From the sequence record MK962629.1: a DNA stretch of 24,000 nt. The stretch is one strand, 5' to 3'. The DNA comes from Achromobacter phage vB_AxyP_19-32_Axy10. The position numbers and the translations under genes are program-made. This document shows positions 9,372 to 15,338 of the stretch, in pieces; position 1 is the stretch's first letter; every line of letters starts with the position of its first letter. Under the pieces are notes generated by a model that ran no database searches, was not told where the DNA came from, and was given only the letters and a program-made list of their open reading frames with translations.

Positions 9372-10492
9372 ACAAGGCCAAGATCCGTGCTTTCCGTGGA
9401 AAGACTGCGGCTTTCTTGGCTCCCATCATGAGCATGATGCGCTTCGAGTGGGACGAGAAAGCAGGCACGGCTTCGGTCAACGGAGTTTCCATGAAGTGGA
9501 ACCCTATCTGGTTCATGGCTCTGTCGCCCGCCACTCGTGAAACCGTGCTCATGCACGAACTCTGGCACGTCGCTCGCATGCACATGCTGCGACTCGGCAA
9601 CCGTGATCCGCTCTGGTGGAACTACGCTTGCGACATCTGGATCAACAACATGCTGGAAAAGGAAGGGTATTCCTTCCAGGGTGTTGAAAACTGCTGGAAG
9701 AATCAGCAGTACGCCCATAACACGGAAGAAGAAATCTATGATGCCATTTACCAGCCCAGCAATCCCCCTCCGACTACCGGAGCATTCGGGGATGAAGGTG
9801 GTGATGGCGACATGGACTCCGAATCCAATGATGGAACCAGCGAAGGCCAAAATCAGGCTGCGAAGAATGACGTGCTCAATGCCGTCGTTCGTGCCATGCA
9901 CCAAGCCAAGATGTCCGGCCAACCTGGAGCCATGCCGGGGGATCAAGAACATCTGATCACCCAGTTCCTCAAGCCCGTGGTTCCGTGGAAGCAGTTGCTC
10001 CGCAAGTTCTTCACGGACATGCAGGATGACGACTACTCCTGGCGTCGTCCCAACCGTCGTCACAGCGATATCTATCTGCCCTGCCGTGTGCAGGATGATG
10101 GACGCCTGAAGCATCTGGCGTATTACCTGGACGTGTCCGGGTCCATCTCTCAGCATGACGTGTTGCGCTTCAATTCCGAAGTAAAGCACGTCTGGGATGA
10201 GTTCAGACCGGAGAAGATGTCGCTGATCCAGTTCGACACTCGCATCGCCCACGAGACTTCCATCAAGGAAGGACAGGAATTCAACGAAGTGAAAGTGTAT
10301 GGTGGTGGTGGAACCTGCTTGGTTCCTGTTCGTGAGCACATCATCGAACACAAGCCCACCGCAGCCATCATCTTCACTGACTTGCATGTCCGTCCGATGC
10401 AGAAGCTGCCCTTCAACATTCCGGTCATCTGGGTTGTCATCAATAACCCGCATGCTGAAGTTCCCTTCGGCAAGGTGATCGACATCAAGTGA
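9332..10492 (+). CDS. VWA-like domain protein with N-terminal metallopeptidase-like (HELWH) region; partner of the AAA+ ATPase
   Basis: HELWHVARMH zinc-metallopeptidase-like motif; YYLDVSGSISQHDV (MIDAS DxSxS-like) and GGGGTCLVPV, IIFTDLHV. Confidence 0.85.
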   Translation: MSSTLPDGIQRDLDKAKIRAFRGKTAAFLAPIMSMMRFEWDEKAGTASVNGVSMKWNPIWFMALSPATRETVLMHELWHVARMHMLRLGNRDPLWWNYACDIWINNMLEKEGYSFQGVENCWKNQQYAHNTEEEIYDAIYQPSNPPPTTGAFGDEGGDGDMDSESNDGTSEGQNQAAKNDVLNAVVRAMHQAKMSGQPGAMPGDQEHLITQFLKPVVPWKQLLRKFFTDMQDDDYSWRRPNRRHSDIYLPCRVQDDGRLKHLAYYLDVSGSISQHDVLRFNSEVKHVWDEFRPEKMSLIQFDTRIAHETSIKEGQEFNEVKVYGGGGTCLVPVREHIIEHKPTAAIIFTDLHVRPMQKLPFNIPVIWVVINNPHAEVPFGKVIDIK

Positions 10493-10499
10493 GGTGCTC

Positions 10500-11018
10500 A
10501 TGATTGTTAATCGTGAAGCTCTGCTGTACGACCGTCCTCCCATCAAGGGCATGCGGGCAACGAAGAACGTTGCTCATGGAACCAGTTATGGCTTGACCGA
10601 AGCTGGTTACGACCTGCGCATTCAGCAGGACGTGCTGTTCACCAAGAACGGTTTCCGTGAGCGCATCGTCTACGTGTCCGAACCCGGTACGGCTACTCTG
10701 GACCGTATTGGCAAGCTGGGGCGTTTCGCCTTGGCATCTGCCATGGAAGAATTCGACATGCCCAGCCATTTGGTTGGCGTGGTTCACGACAAGTCCACTT
10801 GGGCACGTCGTGGCCTGTCGGTATTCAACACGGTCATTGAGCCAGGATGGAAAGGCTTCCTCACCTTGGAGCTTGTCTACCATGGAGAGGAAGACCTCAT
10901 CATCCCGGCTGGTTCTGGTATTGCCCAGGTTCTGTTTCATCAACTGAAGCAGGAGGCTTCCTACAATGGCAAGTACCAGAATCAAGAAGCTGCGCCGGTT
11001 CCTTCCAAGGAAAGCTGA
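10500..11018 (+). CDS. dcd: dCTP deaminase / dUTPase-fold protein
   Basis: TEAGYDLRIQ, VHDKSTWARRGLSVFNTVIEPGWKGFLTLEL characteristic of dCTP deaminases. Track start 10494 is GTG; ATG at 10500. Confidence 0.85.
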   Translation: MIVNREALLYDRPPIKGMRATKNVAHGTSYGLTEAGYDLRIQQDVLFTKNGFRERIVYVSEPGTATLDRIGKLGRFALASAMEEFDMPSHLVGVVHDKSTWARRGLSVFNTVIEPGWKGFLTLELVYHGEEDLIIPAGSGIAQVLFHQLKQEASYNGKYQNQEAAPVPSKES

Positions 11019-11019
11019 C

Positions 11020-11262
11020 ATGGATACCCACTACTGCGAAGTCTGCGGTGAGGTCAATTTCTGGCCTCTCGTTAGCCACGAGCACAGCTACGTCTGTAAA
11101 GCTTGCGTGGAAGTGGGCGACGATGTTGGTTTCGACGAAGAAGCCGAAGTTTGGCGGAAAGTCGATCGTTGTCCTGGATGTGGGAGGACTGGTATGGTGA
11201 ACTACGGAGATGGATACCGTTTGGTGTTCTACTGCGGAGGCTCACCCTACTGTTGCCCATAA
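11020..11262 (+). CDS. Small zinc-ribbon-like protein
   Basis: MDTHYCEVCGEV...YVCKACVEV...RCPGCGRTG...YCC; in frame with track ORF 10966-11262. Confidence 0.65.
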   Translation: MDTHYCEVCGEVNFWPLVSHEHSYVCKACVEVGDDVGFDEEAEVWRKVDRCPGCGRTGMVNYGDGYRLVFYCGGSPYCCP

Positions 11263-11323
11263 AGGAAAGTTAGGCTATCGTGAAGTCTTTCTTGGGGTGA
11301 GAAACCCCTGAAGGAGAAAAGGC

Positions 11324-11482
11324 ATGCTGTTCGGTTTTCTGAAGCTGTTCAAGCCGATCATCAGTTCGTTGGTTCCCATCGATCAGATGGTTGTGCGTAC
11401 CGAAATGCGTCAAGAGGTGCATGCCGCCCTGCCGAAATCCTCCAACCGGGTGAGACGACCCGAACAGGATGATTACGGTTAG
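11324..11482 (+). CDS. Hypothetical small protein (52 aa)
   Basis: MLFGFLKLFKPIISSLVPIDQMVVRTEMRQEVHAALPKSSNRVRRPEQDDYG*, preceded by AAGGAG. Confidence 0.5.
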   Translation: MLFGFLKLFKPIISSLVPIDQMVVRTEMRQEVHAALPKSSNRVRRPEQDDYG

Positions 11483-11517
11483 GGACTACCAAACGTAGAC
11501 CTCATACATAGACGCCG

Positions 11518-11544
11518 GAAGCCCAGAGTCGATCTCTGGGCTTC
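11518..11544 (+). terminator. Strong hairpin closing the upstream protein operon
   Basis: GAAGCCCAGAG TCGAT CTCTGGGCTTC perfect 11-bp stem; T tract weak (GCACTTTC). Confidence 0.65.
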
Positions 11545-12312
11545 GCACTTTCAGGCATCTTGAATCTGTGTCCTTATCCAGCACTGCATATGGCGTTCAC
11601 AACCCCCTGCTTAGTCAGGCTAGGTGTGTGGAATCGTGTAAGAGGGTATTCAAGGTCACAGATCAAAGGTGATCCAGGTTTGGTACGCCTGGCAATAGTC
11701 CTGGATTCCGTTCGATTCGGAGAGCGGCCGATGGTTCGGCAAAACAAGCAAGCTACTGGGGTGTTCCACTCCGCATATCGCCAGTCTCATAAACGGACGT
11801 GCAATGGTTCGGTACCCGATATGGTTCATTCATCAAATCAGGAATTTATTCCTGTCGCTGGTTTGAATCCAGCCACCGAAAGGTGTAGGCAAGCGAAAAA
11901 GCCGATGATGTCCAGTGTAGGGAGCAGGGCTTTTAAGGCCGGGGGTTTTGCAGCAAAACTCCGGCAACCTATTCAAGAATTCGCAGGCGTGGGTCGTTCC
12001 CTAAAGCCTGCGTTTCAGAGTTACGAATCTCTGTTGAAAATCGTAGAGGGGCGCTTGGTCTTCAACCTTGCCCTCTCGTCTACAGACCCCCCAGAAACCT
12101 CAGTCATGTCAACCACAGCAAGCTGATGAGCCAGTGAGCCGAGAGTTGGTGGCTGAGGTGTATGGGAACAGCAGAGAAGTCCGATAGTTCTTGGTTTCAA
12201 ACCCTGCTGGGACTTAGATCCAAACAAAGAAGTCGAAACCATGTGAAAGCTCAGTCGAGAGACTGGTGAGACATAATGCCTGTCTCCGCACTCTATTTCG
12301 ATAGAGTGCGTC
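11545..12312 (+). ncRNA. Candidate large structured non-coding RNA (strand inferred)
   Basis: No convincing ORF over ~770 nt in an otherwise densely coding genome. Many local helices: 11672-11678/11700-11706, 11727-11731/11736-11740, 11755-11759/11781-11785, 11808-11813/11875-11880, 11938-11950/11954-11965, 11982-11988/12006-12012, 12016-12020/12029-12033, 12045-12050/12071-12076, 12098-12103/12153-12158, 12169-12174/12204-12209, 12252-12256/12261-12265 (GAGA loop), 12287-12296/12301-12310 (TTCG loop). Confidence 0.6.
11808..11880 (+). ncRNA. tRNA-like fold lacking a clear D arm (possibly a domain inside the larger RNA)
   Basis: Closing stem TTCGGT/ACCGAA; hairpin CAGGA-ATTTAT-TCCTG; T-arm-like GCTGG-TTTGAAT-CCAGC. 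Confidence 0.4.
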
Positions 12313-12314
12313 AT

Positions 12315-12397
12315 CCCCAAGGTAGCTCAGTTGGTAGAGCAGCATGCCCTGAAATAGTGGGTAGCGGTCGATGGTTCGAGTCCATCCCGAGGGGCCA
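12315..12397 (+). tRNA. tRNA-like element with canonical D and T arms, CCA end, but atypical anticodon arm and acceptor mismatches
   Basis: TAGCTCAGTTGGTAGAGC D arm; GATGG-TTCGAGT-CCATC T arm; CCCCAAGG/CCGAGGGG acceptor with two central mismatches; encoded CCA; candidate anticodon stem TGCCC/GGGTA with 9-nt loop TGAAATAGT. Confidence 0.55.
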
Positions 12398-12411
12398 AGA
12401 CTTTATATGAA

Positions 12412-12537
12412 AGGCTGTGGGTGTTGTACCCTCATGGTGTAGTGGTAAAGGTGTCCTGAGAAATACCAGGTAAACCCACTCATCATAGCGTCTGGGCTTG
12501 CAAGCTGACGCAGCACTCTCCTAGGTATGAGTGCCCT
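12412..12537 (+). ncRNA. Structured unit between tRNA-like elements
   Basis: CCTG-AGAAATAC-CAGG; long-range CACTCAT (12477-12483)/ATGAGTG (12527-12533); nested GCGTC/GACGC and GGCT-TGCA-AGCT. Confidence 0.45.
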
Positions 12538-12603
12538 TTTATATGAAGTTTTGAACCAAGAGAGGCATCTCTTGGAACATCAGGTGAGTTCATGGCTCAT
12601 CTG

Positions 12604-12721
12604 GGGCGTAGTGATGGAATGGCTAGACATAAAGTCCAACGATAGGCTGCGAAGCTGACAATAGGACTTGGGCGTCAACCGCGAGGTCGCCGTGCAGGTT
12701 CGAGTCCTGCCTACAATGCCC
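12604..12721 (+). tRNA. Leu/Ser-class (class II) tRNA-like element with a 26-nt anticodon loop containing an extra hairpin
   Basis: D region GTGATGGAATGGCTAGACA resembles bacterial tRNA-Leu; stem AAGTCC/GGACTT; long variable arm GGCG..ACC-GCGA-GGT-CGCC; T arm GCAGG-TTCGAGT-CCTGC; acceptor GGGCGTAG / CTAC-AAT-GCCC. Confidence 0.5.
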
Positions 12722-12735
12722 AAATACAGAATTCG

Positions 12736-12802
12736 CTCGAAGCTTCGGCTTGAGAGGTAGACCGCTGAGAAATCCAGGCGGGCAGTGCGGTGGAAACCCG
12801 CC
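12736..12802 (+). ncRNA. Structured unit with UUCG hairpin and possible pseudoknot
   Basis: CTC(G)AAGC-TTCG-GCTTGAG; ACCGC/GCGGT interleaved with GGCGGG/CCCGCC. Confidence 0.4.
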
Positions 12803-12817
12803 AAACCCAACAACAAG

Positions 12818-12846
12818 AAGCCAGAGCAGCCAAGCTCTGGCTTTTT
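12818..12846 (+). terminator. Rho-independent terminator ending the RNA region
   Basis: AAGCCAGAGC-AGCCAA-GCTCTGGCTT plus TTTTT. Confidence 0.9.
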
Positions 12847-12862
12847 CATTTTCTCAATCATC

Positions 12863-13186
12863 ATGATCCAAAAACACAACAAAGAATCGCTCCAAGAAAT
12901 CCTCCAGGAGCATGAGCACGTCGTCGTCCGCTTCACTGCTGAGTGGTGCGGTCCCTGCAAACAATTCGCCCCGGCCTTCAACGAAGTGGCCGTGGAGAAC
13001 CAGACCAGCAACATCATCTTCGTGGTGATCGATGCTGATGAGCAACGTGAACTGGCAGCAGAGTTCGGCATCCGTGGCTTGCCCTCGGTGCTGTTCTTCG
13101 TGCATGGCCAGATCGTTGGTCGTGTCTCCGGCACCATGACTACGGATAAGTTCCGTGAAGTGATGCAGAAGCAATTCACTCGTTGA
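12863..13186 (+). CDS. Thioredoxin-like protein
   Basis: FTAEWCGPCKQFAPAF with WCGPCK active site, RGLPSVLFF. Track start 12785 lies upstream of the terminator, so ATG 12863 preferred. Confidence 0.9.
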   Translation: MIQKHNKESLQEILQEHEHVVVRFTAEWCGPCKQFAPAFNEVAVENQTSNIIFVVIDADEQRELAAEFGIRGLPSVLFFVHGQIVGRVSGTMTTDKFREVMQKQFTR

Positions 13187-13200
13187 ACCAAGGAGGACGT

Positions 13201-13494
13201 ATGTTTCCTGACTTCGCTGGACTTGAAGCACGCATCCTGCTTGATCTCGCAACGAAAGGAAGCTCAACGTCCATGGTCTACATGAACGACAAGGGAGAGG
13301 TACTTAGGCAAATCATGGAGATGCATGATCTCTTTGATGAGCCTTCCTCTATCGAACGTAAGGCCCACGCCCTGATCGATGAACTCTGGAACAAAAAGGA
13401 CATCAAGATCTGGGTAGACGACCTCGTATCAATCCCGGAACCTAAGCCCAAGAAGAAGGGCTTGCCTTGGTTCCATCACCGTAGGAGATGGTAA
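13201..13494 (+). CDS. Hypothetical protein
   Basis: ATG 13201 preceded by AAGGAGG. Confidence 0.7.
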   Translation: MFPDFAGLEARILLDLATKGSSTSMVYMNDKGEVLRQIMEMHDLFDEPSSIERKAHALIDELWNKKDIKIWVDDLVSIPEPKPKKKGLPWFHHRRRW

Positions 13495-13694
13495 TGCGTC
13501 ATCGTTTTCTCATGCCCACCAGTCCGGGCGATATCGCCGTTCAGGCCATGCAGCGTGTGCAAGCAGTCGCACGTCTCCATGGATGGGATGGAAAAAGCTC
13601 GGTCACCGAGTGGCTGGATAGACAACTCACCGAAGGGAACCAAGCCAAGCAGATCGTACAACCGTGGGAAGAAAACTCCCTCAAGGGTGCGTAA
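13494..13694 (+). CDS. Hypothetical protein
   Basis: ATG overlaps upstream TAA. Confidence 0.6.
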   Translation: MRHRFLMPTSPGDIAVQAMQRVQAVARLHGWDGKSSVTEWLDRQLTEGNQAKQIVQPWEENSLKGA

Positions 13695-13906
13695 TGACCC
13701 GCCGTATCGATCACTGGAATGGAAACCGCAACGAGGCGTTCTATTCCTCCCACCCCACCCGACTCCAAGAGATCAGGGATCGGACCAACAATCAGATCCC
13801 TTTCAACTGGAAGACCCGCAAGTGTGTGTGCTGTAAACGCAGCAGGAGTCTCACACAATTCAATGGCGACAGTGCTACCTGCAAGCGTTGCCCTCCGGAG
13901 AAGTGA
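13694..13906 (+). CDS. Small Cys-rich (zinc-binding-like) protein
   Basis: CVCCKRSRSLTQFNGDSATCKRC; ATG overlaps upstream TAA. Confidence 0.6.
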   Translation: MTRRIDHWNGNRNEAFYSSHPTRLQEIRDRTNNQIPFNWKTRKCVCCKRSRSLTQFNGDSATCKRCPPEK

Positions 13907-13908
13907 GA

Positions 13909-14373
13909 ATGCGTACTCCATTCTTTCGTCCTCGGCAGAAGCCTAAAAAGCTGCCGATCATGTTCCGTGGTTCGACCCAGATGGAGAATGAAATTCTCCT
14001 GGTCAATCACGCCTATTTCGACAACATCGTCAATGGTCGAGGCGATGTTGAGATGTACCTGACCATAGTGTTCCGCACTCTTGCTGGTCTTCAGATGGCT
14101 GAACCCATGGACCAGAAGGAAGAGATCCAAGTCATCATCAAGAAGGCATTGGGTTCTCTCTGGTTCGTTGGCGAACGGATCCTCAAGAAACACAAAGTAG
14201 GCTTCAGTGGTAACGAGATGATCGCTATCAAGGAAGCACTGGTGCTGATTGATGAACTCCACAAAGCAACTACCCGCCTTGATCATCGCAACATCTACGC
14301 TGATGTGGCATTCAAGGTCGGTGGCATGACGTTGACCATGCAATCCCTCGAACCTTTCAAGGATTCCGTATGA
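13909..14373 (+). CDS. Hypothetical protein
   Basis: In frame with track ORF 13888-14373; 4-nt overlap with thyX. Confidence 0.7.
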   Translation: MRTPFFRPRQKPKKLPIMFRGSTQMENEILLVNHAYFDNIVNGRGDVEMYLTIVFRTLAGLQMAEPMDQKEEIQVIIKKALGSLWFVGERILKKHKVGFSGNEMIAIKEALVLIDELHKATTRLDHRNIYADVAFKVGGMTLTMQSLEPFKDSV

Positions 14374-15278
14374 ATCAGATCCGTGCCACCGTCATCGCTG
14401 ACAGCATCAGTCCCGATGGCATTCGCCTGACCACTTTCGAGTTGGTCTATCACCGTTTCATCCACTCCGAATTCATGACCCACCGCATGGTGTCCAAGAA
14501 CTCGGCCAGCAGTCGTGCCATTCCCACGGCCAAGCTGCTGGAGCAAGTCCGAACCAGTCCCATGATGCCCATCCACTGGGGGCAGAACCAGAAGGGAATG
14601 CAGGCCGGACAGGAACTCACGGCTCGTGGTCGTGAAGAAGCCGAAGCTCGCTGGCTGTGGGCAGCAGCACAAGCAGCCGATGCTGCTGAAGGAATGCTGG
14701 AAGCTGGTCTGCACAAGCAGATCGCCAACCGTGTTCTGGAACCCTTCATCGCCATGCGAGTCATCGCTACGGCCACCGAATGGAACAACTTCTTCCACCT
14801 GCGACTGCACCCCGATGCCCAGCCTGAAATCCAGGAACTGGCCAAGCAGATGCGTATTGCCCGTGAAGCAGCAACGCCTACCCTGCTGCATCCCGGCATG
14901 TGGCACCTGCCGTACATCACCCCGAAGGATACGGTGGATGTGGTCAATCATCTGAAGTATGGCCGCATCACTCGTGACGAACCGAGACAGAGCGAAATCA
15001 TCAACATGCTGCGCATGATCAGCGTGGCTCGCTGCGCCCGAGTGTCCTACAACAACTTCGAGGGCCGTCCCTCGTTTGTGCAGGAAGACCTCGCACTGTA
15101 CGACAAGCTGGTCGGCAGCAGCCCTCTGCATGCCAGCCCCACCGAGCACCAAGCCACTCCCGATTACGTCGATGACGTTGAAGGGAAATCCAAGTGGATG
15201 AGTCCCGAACTTCACGGGAACCTGAATGGCTGGATCCAGTACCGCAAGACGCTGGAAGGCGAAAACGTTCCCGGTTAA
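14370..15278 (+). CDS. thyX: Flavin-dependent thymidylate synthase
   Basis: THRMVSKNSASSRAIP matches the ThyX RHRxxSxNxxSxR-type signature (variant first residue); ATATEWNNFFHLRLHPDAQPEIQELA. Confidence 0.92.
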   Translation: MNQIRATVIADSISPDGIRLTTFELVYHRFIHSEFMTHRMVSKNSASSRAIPTAKLLEQVRTSPMMPIHWGQNQKGMQAGQELTARGREEAEARWLWAAAQAADAAEGMLEAGLHKQIANRVLEPFIAMRVIATATEWNNFFHLRLHPDAQPEIQELAKQMRIAREAATPTLLHPGMWHLPYITPKDTVDVVNHLKYGRITRDEPRQSEIINMLRMISVARCARVSYNNFEGRPSFVQEDLALYDKLVGSSPLHASPTEHQATPDYVDDVEGKSKWMSPELHGNLNGWIQYRKTLEGENVPG

Positions 15279-15292
15279 TTCGGGTTTTGTGA

Positions 15293-15318
15293 GGGGGCAT
15301 TCGCCCCCGTTCCTTTTC
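15293..15318 (+). terminator. Probable intrinsic terminator
   Basis: GGGGGC ATTC GCCCCC GTTCCTTTT. Confidence 0.65.
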
Positions 15319-15338
15319 ATATACACAAGGAGTCTGTA

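Noticed and set aside
11480-11700. Possible group I intron P7-like pairing (GGGACTA ... TAGTCC)
   Set aside because: No recognisable P/Q/R/S core, an intervening strong hairpin, and no interrupted gene or tRNA; likely coincidence.
11560-12126. 188-aa + strand ORF in the RNA region
   Set aside because: Begins with TTG without a clear ribosome-binding site, has no recognisable domain, and overlaps many stable helices; unlike neighbouring genes it does not abut others.
12121-12158. Hammerhead-like CUGAUGAG string at 12124-12130
   Set aside because: The required GAAA core and cleavage triplet context are absent.
12455-12470. CTGAGAAATACC resembling the TPP riboswitch CUGAGA...AUACCC motif
   Set aside because: The second conserved TPP element (ACCUGAUC-type) and overall three-way architecture are not visible, and the site is not upstream of a thiamine gene.
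12785-12862. N-terminal extension of the thioredoxin ORF (MRWKPAKPNNKKPEQPSSGFFIFSII)
   Set aside because: It crosses the intrinsic terminator; the internal ATG at 12863 fits the thioredoxin domain.
12580-13191. 203-aa minus-strand ORF
   Set aside because: Antisense to the RNA units, terminator and thioredoxin gene; no domain signature.
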